From a virus (taxonomy: Duplodnaviria; Caudoviricetes): a DNA stretch of 50,630 nt. Every line of letters starts with the position of its first letter. Position 1 is the stretch's first letter. The translations under genes and the position numbers were made by a program. Below are positions 17,318 to 24,967 of the stretch, piece after piece. The notes under the pieces are model-generated. The model was not told the origin of the DNA. It saw only the letters and a list, made by a program, of their open reading frames with translations, and searched no databases. The stretch covers positions 1 to 50,630 of the IMG/VR virus record IMGVR_UViG_3300010048_000017; one strand, written 5' to 3'.

Positions 17318-17844
17318 CGCACAGCCCCCGACGCGAGCAGAACAGCAGCGATCGACAAGCCCATCACGAGCACCTCACCCACGGGAGCGCCGCGCTTTTG
17401 CTGCCACCATCGCGGGTGCTTGCGACGCTTGCCCCCGGTGCTGATCCGATACCGCTCGGGCAGCAGGTACACGCGCCGGTCGTCGGGCCACAGCAGCGGA
17501 ATCCCGTGCGCGGTCAGCGCGTCCGTGACCAGATGCGACACGTACCCGACGATGGCGGCGAGCACGAGCGGCCCGACCGCGGCAGAACGAATTGAACCCG
17601 AGATCAGCAGAACTGTCCCCGAGAACACTGCGAGCCCGATCGCTGAGTGTGTCGCTTTGCGGTGCGCCCACTGGCCGAGCAGCCGGTCAAGGTCGGGCAC
17701 GGTCGCCGCGAACGCTGCGACGGGGATGCCGAGCGCGAGCGCGCCGAGGTGCGGGTCAGCGCTCAGCGTGTGGTGCGGGTGGGCGAGTTCGATGCACACC
17801 GCCCACGAGCACGCACCGGCGACGGTGTGCGTGCGGCCCATCAT
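17314..17844 (-). CDS. YdjM-like membrane-bound metal-dependent hydrolase
   Basis: GRTH, PDLD, HRKATHS, SHLVTDALT..GIPLLWP motifs with TM segments. Confidence 0.88.
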   Translation of the reverse strand: MMGRTHTVAGACSWAVCIELAHPHHTLSADPHLGALALGIPVAAFAATVPDLDRLLGQWAHRKATHSAIGLAVFSGTVLLISGSIRSAAVGPLVLAAIVGYVSHLVTDALTAHGIPLLWPDDRRVYLLPERYRISTGGKRRKHPRWWQQKRGAPVGEVLVMGLSIAAVLLASGAVR

Positions 17845-18050
17845 CGGACACGCGTCCGCGAGTGGATGCCGCGCAGCACGCCGATCGTCGCGTTGAGCGC
17901 GTTGATCTCGCTTTGCGTCAAGATGACCGAGTTGTCATTTTTGAACTCGCGCAGGCGCGTCAAGCAGGAAGCTGCGCCGTCAGCGCAGTCTGCGAGCGCC
18001 CGCCGGCGCGCGCCCTCGAGCCGCGACGCGTCGTCGTCTGTGCTCATCAT
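17841..18050 (-). CDS. Hypothetical protein
   Basis: GGTGATCCAA SD before ATG 18050. Confidence 0.7.
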   Translation of the reverse strand: MMSTDDDASRLEGARRRALADCADGAASCLTRLREFKNDNSVILTQSEINALNATIGVLRGIHSRTRVR

Positions 18051-18079
18051 TTGGATCACCACCAGTTGTAACGGGCTCG

Positions 18080-18430
18080 TTAGTGGTCGCAGCGGCGCTC
18101 CTGGCACGCAAGCGACTGCTCGCGGTGCTGCTCCCACCATTGGACGATCAGCGCGCGCGCTTGCGGCGGGTCGGGCTGCTGCGCGGCCCGGGCCGCGTGC
18201 ATCGCGTTGATCGCGCTGATAATCGGGTCGCGCCAGTCTGCCCAGACTTGGCCGATGTCGCCGCCAAGATCGACGACAAGATGCCACTTGCCGGGCGCGG
18301 TCACTCGTGCTCCCTGATTGCAGTCGAACTCGCAACACGGGTGCAACGTAAACCCGCACGCCAGCAGAACAGGATCAAGCGGCGTGCCGCATGCACGGCA
18401 GCGCCGCGATCGCGTGCGCGTGGCGGTCAC
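18080..18430 (-). CDS. Hypothetical protein
   Basis: GTGA overlap with the XRE gene; CRACG...HPCC. Confidence 0.6.
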   Translation of the reverse strand: MTATRTRSRRCRACGTPLDPVLLACGFTLHPCCEFDCNQGARVTAPGKWHLVVDLGGDIGQVWADWRDPIISAINAMHAARAAQQPDPPQARALIVQWWEQHREQSLACQERRCDH

Positions 18431-18675
18431 GACGCGCGCAGTTCAGCCTCGCTCAGCCCGAGCGCTCGCGCCAACTCGGGAAACATCTGCGGCGACGGGC
18501 GTGACCGGCCAGCTTCCACCTGGCCAACCCACGCAGACGTCTTGCCGACTAGCCGGCCCAACTGCACGCGCGTCAGTTCTTTGGCCTCGCGCGCCTGTCT
18601 CATCTTGGTCGTGTCGATGCCGACGCCCCGGCTGGGCCGGCGGTGGATCACACGCCCCGTGTCTGTAGTGCTCAT
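18427..18675 (-). CDS. XRE-family HTH transcriptional regulator, probably leaderless
   Basis: RQAREAKELTRVQLGRLVG..W VGQVEAGRSRPS..LARALG; extended -10 TGaTACGCT 6 nt before ATG; no SD. Confidence 0.88.
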   Translation of the reverse strand: MSTTDTGRVIHRRPSRGVGIDTTKMRQAREAKELTRVQLGRLVGKTSAWVGQVEAGRSRPSPQMFPELARALGLSEAELRAS

Positions 18676-18772
18676 GATTAAAGCGTATCACGCGACACAA
18701 CGACTAGCATCATGTCATACTCAGGCCGTACAATTAAAGCGTAACGACACACAACAAGGGATAGGTGATCCA
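18676..18772. promoter_or_regulatory. Divergent promoter region with two TTAAAGCGTA boxes
   Basis: Leftward TGn-TACGCT; rightward TAGCAT-18nt-TACAAT; boxes at 18678 and 18734. Confidence 0.65.
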
Positions 18773-19867
18773 GTGTCAGCACTAGTCGATCAGATGTTCA
18801 GCTACCGCAAACCGCCGTGGTGGATCGGAACGAGCGAGGACCACGGTCAAGCGAACATCGTTAATGAGTACCCGCAGTCGTTCGCTGAGGCGAGAGTGCT
18901 CGCCGGGCTCGACTGGGAACCCGAAGTCGCGGAAGTGTTCGCGGAGTCCATGAGCGACGACGAGATCAAGAGCGCGATCGCTGACGTTCTGCTCGCCGGC
19001 GAGATCAAGACGACCGAGCAGATCGACCGACTGCTCGCCATCGTCAAAGCCGCCTACGCCCCGATCAAGGGCTGGCAGAACGTTCGCAACGACACCACGC
19101 GCGAGACGATCGCGCTGACGCACGACACGTACGCCGTGATCAACCACACCGCGTTTGGCGACATTCTTGAGGCGTTGCTCGACTGCGACCGCGACAAACT
19201 CAAACTAGAGACGGGCGGCAGTCTCGCCGGCGGGTCGAAAGTGTGGATGCTCGTCATGCTTGATGAGCCGATCATTCTGCCGGGTGACAAGAGCGAAGCG
19301 ATGCCGTTCGTCGCGCTCACTGCCCGCCATGACGCGCTCGGCAGCGTCGTCGCCCGCGCGACCGCTGTGCGGATCGTGTGTGCTAACACGTTCAGCGCTG
19401 CTGAGATGGAAGGCGAGCGCACCGGGGCGACGTTCACGTTCCGCCACACGGGGAACTGGCGCGAGCGCATCGACGACGCGAAAGCAGCGATCAAGGGCGT
19501 GCGCAGTGAGATCGCCGCTTACGTCGAACTGTCGAACCGCCTGCTCGGCGTCACGATCACGCCCGTGCAGCAAGAGCGGTTTATAACCGAGTTCATCCCC
19601 TCGCCGCCCGACACGCTGATCAGCGACCGCGTCGCCAGCAACATCGAGCGGTCGCGTAACGCTGTTCGCGAGATTCTCGCCAGCGACACATGCGAGGGTG
19701 CCGGGATCAACGGCACCGCGTACTCGCTCGTGCAAGCCGCTGGTGAGTACCTCGATCACGTGCGCAAAGCGAACTCTTGGGAGACGCGTCTCAACCGGAC
19801 GCTGATCCGCCCCGAGTCGCTCAAAGCCCGCGCGACGTCTCTCGCACTAGCTGTCGCGAAAGACTGA
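18773..19867 (+). CDS. DUF932/DUF945-family phage protein
   Basis: LAGLDW, ETGGSLAGGSKVW, HDALGS, VRIVCANT, FRHTG, GTAYSLVQAAGEYLDH; AGGTGATCC SD before GTG 18773. Confidence 0.88.
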   Translation: MSALVDQMFSYRKPPWWIGTSEDHGQANIVNEYPQSFAEARVLAGLDWEPEVAEVFAESMSDDEIKSAIADVLLAGEIKTTEQIDRLLAIVKAAYAPIKGWQNVRNDTTRETIALTHDTYAVINHTAFGDILEALLDCDRDKLKLETGGSLAGGSKVWMLVMLDEPIILPGDKSEAMPFVALTARHDALGSVVARATAVRIVCANTFSAAEMEGERTGATFTFRHTGNWRERIDDAKAAIKGVRSEIAAYVELSNRLLGVTITPVQQERFITEFIPSPPDTLISDRVASNIERSRNAVREILASDTCEGAGINGTAYSLVQAAGEYLDHVRKANSWETRLNRTLIRPESLKARATSLALAVAKD

Positions 19868-19956
19868 CGCGTTGCGGGTGCGCGCCCCAGCGGGGGCGGG
19901 GCGCGCGCCCGGAGCGCATCAGCCGAGCGTTTCACCCGTTACATAGGAGACATCAC

Positions 19957-20409
19957 ATGTCAGCAGCACAGCCCAAAGTCGATGACGTTCTGTTCGTCGA
20001 TTCGCCCAAGTGGCCCGGCGCGTGGCGCGTCGCGGAGATCTCAGCGCGCGGTCGGCAACTCATTCTGCTTGACCCCGTCCGCGACCACGCCGAGCACCCG
20101 AACCGCGCTCAGCGCGGTCTGCGGATCACCCGCGAGCAGTTGAGCGACACCCCGTACGACCCGTTCAGTGTGCAGTGGATTGATCTGGGCACGGTGATCA
20201 AGTTCAAAGACACTGTCGTCGCGCGCAAGCCCGATTACCGGGGCTTGTGGGTGATCACCACCGACACGCGCAACGACACGTTCGCGTGCTACCGGCTCGG
20301 CGGGTCCGACGTCCGGATCAAGGGCGTCACGCGCGCAGTGTTCAACGTGGTGCCGCTCGACGAGATCGCCGCTCATCTGCCCGCGCCCGCTGAGGCGGTG
20401 AGCGAGTGA
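19957..20409 (+). CDS. Hypothetical protein
   Basis: AGGAG SD before ATG 19957. Confidence 0.75.
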   Translation: MSAAQPKVDDVLFVDSPKWPGAWRVAEISARGRQLILLDPVRDHAEHPNRAQRGLRITREQLSDTPYDPFSVQWIDLGTVIKFKDTVVARKPDYRGLWVITTDTRNDTFACYRLGGSDVRIKGVTRAVFNVVPLDEIAAHLPAPAEAVSE

Positions 20410-20723
20410 CCGCGCTGATCCCGTCGTCGGCGGTCACCGACGCGCGCCGTGTCGTCGAGTTGTGGGCGGCCAAGGGCGACGTGACTGACGAGTCGCTCGA
20501 CGAACTGCTCACGCTCGCCGTGCGTGTCTCACGGTCGGTCGTCGATGCTGACGACCGCGACCGGGCGCGCCCGATGATCTGCGAGCACCGTCCCGAGCGC
20601 GGGTCGTCGATGATGTGCGCGCTCGACGCCGGCCACTACCCCGCCGAACCGCACAGCGATCTTGTCGTCATGTGGAACGACAAGGGCCAAGCAGTCAACC
20701 CAGATGGGAGCCTGCTGCGCTGA
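20406..20723 (+). CDS. Hypothetical protein with C-terminal C-C-H-H motif
   Basis: GTGA overlap; C..CALDAGH...H. Confidence 0.7.
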   Translation: MTALIPSSAVTDARRVVELWAAKGDVTDESLDELLTLAVRVSRSVVDADDRDRARPMICEHRPERGSSMMCALDAGHYPAEPHSDLVVMWNDKGQAVNPDGSLLR

Positions 20724-20794
20724 CCGGTCGTGCGGCGCTCGCGGGTGACTTCCCTCCGCGAGCGCCGTGCAATCGGGCAGACACCGCCCGAGAC
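20718..20794 (+). repeat. Intergenic structured element, copy 3
   Basis: CGCTGACCG-[15-bp stem]-CAATCGGGCAGACACCGCCCGAGAC. Confidence 0.85.
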
Positions 20795-20813
20795 GTCAAG
20801 GGAAAGAGGTCCC

Positions 20814-21173
20814 ATGTTCAGACGCACAATCATCATCGCCGGCGCTGCACTCGTGCTCGCCGGCGTTCCGCTGGCGGCAACGAACGCGAGCGCGTCGAGC
20901 GCTCAGACCCGCTGCGGCAAGCCCGACGTCAGCGTCACGCACAACCGCACCAGCACGACCGCCCACATCAATTTCAACCCGTGCAATCGCTGGTGGGTGT
21001 GGCCGTGGGCGTCGTTCATCGACCAAGACGGCAACCCCGACCGCGACAGCGTGCCCGGCGTCAAGCACGGCAACCCCGTCGTGTATGAGCCCAACGCGCG
21101 CAAAAACGTGCTCGGCGGCTACGGCTACTCAGACACGTCGGGCACGATTCACAACGTGCAGACGTACGGCTAA
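20814..21173 (+). CDS. Secreted protein with a Sec signal peptide
   Basis: MFRRTIIIAGAALVLAGVPLAATNASA signal-like N-terminus; GAGGT SD. Confidence 0.75.
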   Translation: MFRRTIIIAGAALVLAGVPLAATNASASSAQTRCGKPDVSVTHNRTSTTAHINFNPCNRWWVWPWASFIDQDGNPDRDSVPGVKHGNPVVYEPNARKNVLGGYGYSDTSGTIHNVQTYG

Positions 21174-21304
21174 TGAACTACTGGGCCGACCCCGACGAAC
21201 CGCGCGCGCGGGAGCGTGACGCGCTGGCTTATCAGCCGTTCGTGTGGGAGATCGTCTGGGATGCGATCGCCCGCTGGTGGCGGTCACTGCGAAGCAAGCA
21301 CTAG
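21173..21304 (+). CDS. Small Trp-rich protein (43 aa), absent from the ORF track
   Basis: TAATG coupling; MNYWADPDEPRARERDALAYQPFVWEIVWDAIARWWRSLRSKH. Confidence 0.55.
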   Translation: MNYWADPDEPRARERDALAYQPFVWEIVWDAIARWWRSLRSKH

Positions 21305-21333
21305 CAAGCACAGACAAGAACGGAGTCACGACG

Positions 21334-21453
21334 ATGGCAGATCAGCCCTCAGCCGAGGCGCTCGCGAAGGCGGCGCTCGTGGCAGCTAAGCAGACCGTGC
21401 AGAACATGGCCGGCAAACTCGCTGCCCAAGCGGCCAAAGACGCGGGCAAGTAG
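21334..21453 (+). CDS. Small Ala-rich protein (39 aa)
   Basis: GGAG SD, ATG 21334, followed by a terminator. Confidence 0.6.
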   Translation: MADQPSAEALAKAALVAAKQTVQNMAGKLAAQAAKDAGK

Positions 21454-21467
21454 CCCGTCCCAACAGC

Positions 21468-21500
21468 AGAGCGCCCGCCCCGGTCGGGGGCGGGCGCTCT
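21468..21500. terminator. Terminator between convergent genes
   Basis: AGAGCGCCCGCCCC / GGGGCGGGCGCTCT stem. Confidence 0.75.
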
Positions 21501-21513
21501 TGCTTGTGCTTGC

Positions 21514-21750
21514 TTAGGCTGCTCGCTTGTTGAACTCAGCGACCCATCTGACGATCGCCCTGCGGTGATAGTGCTTGTTGACGGGGTACACGCGCGGGTC
21601 GTCGCCCGGCGCGGTGATCGTGACGACGCCCTCGGCGTACGACGCTGTCGCGTGCGTGGCGATCATCGCATCTTGCTGCGCGATCGACACGCCGACGAAC
21701 CGGCGCCCGTGATCGTAGAACGTGCTGAATGCCTTAACTAGATTGCTCAT
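21514..21750 (-). CDS. Hypothetical protein with its own promoter
   Basis: GGGAG SD; upstream GTGACG-17nt-TACACT-TTAA promoter at about 21782-21814. Confidence 0.75.
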   Translation of the reverse strand: MSNLVKAFSTFYDHGRRFVGVSIAQQDAMIATHATASYAEGVVTITAPGDDPRVYPVNKHYHRRAIVRWVAEFNKRAA

Positions 21751-21837
21751 CGCTGCTCCCTGGCCTGCTGTAACGGGTGCGTTAAAGTGTATGAGGTGGA
21801 TCGTGCCACGTCACCCGCCTGTGAGCCACGACACAGA

Positions 21838-21871
21838 ACAGCGCCCCCGTCGCGGAGTCCGGGGGCGCTGT
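21838..21871 (-). terminator. Terminator at the end of the late operon
   Basis: ACAGCGCCCCCG / CGGGGGCGCTGT stem. Confidence 0.65.
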
Positions 21872-21917
21872 CCGTCTTACTGCTGCGCGCGGGCAATGCT
21901 CGCGCTTAATCGGTAGC

Positions 21918-22193
21918 TCAGGCGGCGATCGAGTGCAGTCGCGCGGGCTCACGGTACGAACGCCAGCGTTGCGCGCAAGTCTCGCACAGCGGATACCGCG
22001 CCGCCGCGACCGGGTGAAAGATCGACACGCCGCGATCAATGATGATCTCCCCGACTCGCGCCGGCGCGTGCCAGCACAGATCAGCGAGCCCCGTGCCGTG
22101 CCAGTCGTCGTCATCGCGCCGCTTGTCGCACGCCCAGCACCACTGACCGGGGCGGGCGCAGCGCGTGCAATCAGTCGGCGTCGGGTGCGGCAT
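21918..22193 (-). CDS. Cys-rich hypothetical protein
   Basis: CTRC, CWAC, LCETC; start uncertain. Confidence 0.5.
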   Translation of the reverse strand: MPHPTPTDCTRCARPGQWCWACDKRRDDDDWHGTGLADLCWHAPARVGEIIIDRGVSIFHPVAAARYPLCETCAQRWRSYREPARLHSIAA

Positions 22194-22485
22194 AGCCGAT
22201 GCGGTTGCCGATGGCGCGGATCCGGCCGGCGTTCGCATCGACCCACCACGACGACGTGTGCCACTGGCCGAGCCCGCGTGAGACGTCCGTCGCGAATGAC
22301 ATCGTCCCCGTGAGCTCGCTCAGCAGCGCGGCTCGAGATTCGTCGTCGCATGCGATCGTGACGACGACGCCGCGTTCGTCAGTGTGCGAGTCGATGAGTG
22401 TGCCGATGCGCCGCCCGTTGAGCGTGACGGGCACGGGTTCGGGGGCCATGAGGCGCATTCTAAGGCGCTGAGATTCCGGGGGCAT
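22171..22485 (-). CDS. Hypothetical protein
   Basis: ORF following the lysis cassette. Confidence 0.5.
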   Translation of the reverse strand: MPPESQRLRMRLMAPEPVPVTLNGRRIGTLIDSHTDERGVVVTIACDDESRAALLSELTGTMSFATDVSRGLGQWHTSSWWVDANAGRIRAIGNRIGYAAPDAD

Positions 22486-22534
22486 GCGACCACATCAGCG
22501 GCGCCGAGTTCGCCAGCGACCCGCAAGGCTGGCC

Positions 22535-22882
22535 TCACTGCGACTCGTCGTGCCAGCCGGGGGGCAGCGCCACGTCGAGATCGTGAATCAACCGCTCAAA
22601 CCGGTCCAACTGGCGGGCTAGTCGCGTGTTCTGCCGCGACAGTCGCTCGTTTTCCGCGGTGAGCCGCTCGTTCGTCTCGCCGTAGAACCGTTGCGCCTGG
22701 TCAAACGCTTTGATATTCGCCGCGTGCCCCTCCACCGCCGCGCGCTCTTGCTTGGCTTTCGACGAGTTGATCAGTGCCAGGATGCCCAGCGCCGCCGAGA
22801 TCCCGCCGATGATGACAGTGTCGAGCGGGATGCCCGACGACGCGCCGCTACTGGCGGCGAGCAGGTCGATCAGCAGTCGCAT
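22535..22882 (-). CDS. Membrane-anchored coiled-coil protein of the lysis cassette
   Basis: One TM segment then a heptad-rich region. Confidence 0.7.
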   Translation of the reverse strand: MRLLIDLLAASSGASSGIPLDTVIIGGISAALGILALINSSKAKQERAAVEGHAANIKAFDQAQRFYGETNERLTAENERLSRQNTRLARQLDRFERLIHDLDVALPPGWHDESQ

Positions 22883-23324
22883 CGTCGCCGCCCTCGACGA
22901 GATCGAGCGTCACGGGGTCAGGCCACGCGCTGATCATCAGCACGCCCACGCTGATCCCCAGATAGATCACCCCCGGGCCCCACGCGCCCGCCTCGTGCGG
23001 CGGGGTGAATCCCCGCTGTATCGCCAGCGAGGCCCAGATGAAATTGAGCATCACGCACGCCGCGAACGGCAGCCGGTCAGAACGCCGCCAGCACGTCGCG
23101 AGCACGAACAGCCCGACCGCGATCCACACCCAGCCCCAGACTGTGACCGATACCCCGTCCACCTCGCGCAGCGCGCCCGGCCACCACCGCACGGGCGTCT
23201 CGGCGTACTGCGACAGCAGCAGCGCGATCCCGTACGGCACTTGGATCGAACCCAAGATCACCAGGAACGTTGACCGGAACCGGGCGCGCGCAATCAGACG
23301 TTCGGGCAGCGTCCCGAGTATCAC
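22848..23324 (-). CDS. Four-TM membrane protein of the lysis cassette
   Basis: Four hydrophobic segments; GTGA overlap. Confidence 0.75.
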   Translation of the reverse strand: MILGTLPERLIARARFRSTFLVILGSIQVPYGIALLLSQYAETPVRWWPGALREVDGVSVTVWGWVWIAVGLFVLATCWRRSDRLPFAACVMLNFIWASLAIQRGFTPPHEAGAWGPGVIYLGISVGVLMISAWPDPVTLDLVEGGDDATADRPARRQ

Positions 23325-23596
23325 GGGGCTTGCGCGCGGGCCGCGTGCTTAGGCTGCTCGGGCTCGACAGGCGGGGCGAGGTCGGGGCGGTGCGTGTGCG
23401 GCGCCAGATACGCGGCGAGCGCCGACAGGCCAAACGCGATGATGATCGGCAAGTTCTGCACCTGATCGGGGGTCAGATTGTCTTTGAGCCACGGCACGAT
23501 CTGAATCAGCAGGCCGGCCAGATAACCGGCGATCAGCGTGACTGTCGGCGCAGCCGCAGCTTTGGCCTCGATCGGCCCGCCGCCGATGCCGCTCAC
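23321..23596 (-). CDS. Putative holin
   Basis: Two TM segments and AAYLAPHTHRPDL motif; immediately after the endolysin with GTGA overlap. Confidence 0.75.
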   Translation of the reverse strand: MSGIGGGPIEAKAAAAPTVTLIAGYLAGLLIQIVPWLKDNLTPDQVQNLPIIIAFGLSALAAYLAPHTHRPDLAPPVEPEQPKHAARAQAP

Positions 23597-24396
23597 GGGT
23601 TCACATGCCAAACTGTGCCGGCCGGCGGCACTGCGACGCTGGCGAGGTGCGTGGCGTCTGCCTCGTTGAGCGAGCGCTCGTGGTCGAGCCAGTGCCACAC
23701 GTCTTGGTAATGCCGGTCCTGCGCGACTTGGCCGAGCGACGTCTTGCCGTCGAAATGGTTGACCCCCGGCGCGTCGGGCCGGGCGGGCGCGGGCGGTTTC
23801 GGCGCTGCTGGCCGCGGCCACTGCCCGTAATCGCCGCTCATCGCCTGATCGTGATCGACGCTCGCCCCGCCGAGGGTGAACGACAAGCCCTGCCGCAGCT
23901 GAGCTCGCCGATCCCACTGACCCCCCGACCATGCGATGGTCTGCCACGCGTAATGCGCCTTGCGCGCGTCGAGCGCCCGCTTGACGACATAGAACCCGCC
24001 GTACACGCCGACGCGCCCGCCGCCGATGACAGTCGCCGCGCCGTCGAGAAACGCGTTGATCGGGGCTTGCTGCCCCTCGGTGGCGTCAAAGTCGGCGGCG
24101 AAGTAGATCGGCAAGCCTTTCATGCCGAGCGCGCTGACGACCGCGTCGGCGTGCCGCGCCGACGCGACGCCCTGACTGTGCCCGCCGAGCATCATCGACG
24201 CGCCCTCTTCCACGACGACGCAGATCTTGATGCCGCCGTCTTTGAGCGCCTTGCACTCAGGCGGGGTCAGATTCTTGCCGTTGGTGTCGTTGACTGCTGA
24301 CTGGCTGATGTACCGGCAGACGAACGCGACCTTAGCCCCGTGCAGGGCTGAGATCGACGGGTGCGGGTTGAACGCGTAATCAACACCAGCGGTCAT
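23593..24396 (-). CDS. Endolysin, DUF1906/GH25-like glycoside hydrolase
   Basis: GVDY, FVCRY, GKNLT, PIYFAADFD, GVYGG, WQTIAWSGG; AAGGAG SD. Confidence 0.88.
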   Translation of the reverse strand: MTAGVDYAFNPHPSISALHGAKVAFVCRYISQSAVNDTNGKNLTPPECKALKDGGIKICVVVEEGASMMLGGHSQGVASARHADAVVSALGMKGLPIYFAADFDATEGQQAPINAFLDGAATVIGGGRVGVYGGFYVVKRALDARKAHYAWQTIAWSGGQWDRRAQLRQGLSFTLGGASVDHDQAMSGDYGQWPRPAAPKPPAPARPDAPGVNHFDGKTSLGQVAQDRHYQDVWHWLDHERSLNEADATHLASVAVPPAGTVWHVNP

Positions 24397-24542
24397 GGGC
24401 GAGATCACTCCTTCATTTTGTGGAACTTTGTTTCGTAAAATCAGCGCGACGGAGCACCCGGCGCGTTGATCAGCGGCGGGGCATGGGGGTCTGCGCGAAC
24501 GCCGTGCTCCCGGCTGGGATTGAATCCCGAGGCCCCCGCCGC

Positions 24543-24749
24543 TTACTGGTGCGACAGCACCCGCCCGCACGCCGGCGGGATCGTGATGTGCGGGTTGACT
24601 GCGTGCGCCTCGATCGCGGTCACGCACAACTGGTGGCCAGGTATGAACTCGTTAACGAGCAGCCGGTTGACGGCGATGATGTTGATCAGCAGCGCCCCGA
24701 TCAGCAGCACGGCCAGCGCGACGCTGACGACCAGCACCCACAACGGCAC
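24543..24749 (-). CDS. Small membrane protein; start uncertain
   Basis: Long hydrophobic run in the 3' half of ORF 24543-24941. Confidence 0.5.
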   Translation of the reverse strand: MPLWVLVVSVALAVLLIGALLINIIAVNRLLVNEFIPGHQLCVTAIEAHAVNPHITIPPACGRVLSHQ

Positions 24750-24754
24750 AAGGA

Positions 24755-24967
24755 TCAGTCGCCGGCCAGATGCAGCAGCGTGACGATCGTTGTGACGATC
24801 ACCGGGCAGACGACTCCCGTCATCAGCGCGATCACGACCACCCATACTCGATTCCTCCGCGCTGAGGCTCCTGCGGCAGCAGTCGCGCCGACCGTCTCGA
24901 GCCGCGCGACGCGTTCGCTGAGCGCGCTGAACACTGCCCACGTCACGGGGCCGCTGTTGTTCTGCAT
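24755..24967 (-). CDS. Small membrane protein
   Basis: TGATG coupling; RVARLE followed by a C-terminal TM segment. Confidence 0.65.
   Translation of the reverse strand: MQNNSGPVTWAVFSALSERVARLETVGATAAAGASARRNRVWVVVIALMTGVVCPVIVTTIVTLLHLAGD

Noticed and set aside
10660-20794. SECIS / UGA read-through reading of the three stop-anchored hairpins, paired with the tRNA-like RNA as tRNA-Sec
   Set aside because: Only copy 3 would fuse in frame; copy 1 is out of frame and copy 2 hits TAA after 13 codons. The RNA has no UCA anticodon loop.
24451-24543. HDV-like or hammerhead ribozyme
   Set aside because: The helix order resembles an HDV fold, but I could not place P3/L3/P1.1 and the catalytic junction together on either strand, and there is no CUGANGA core.
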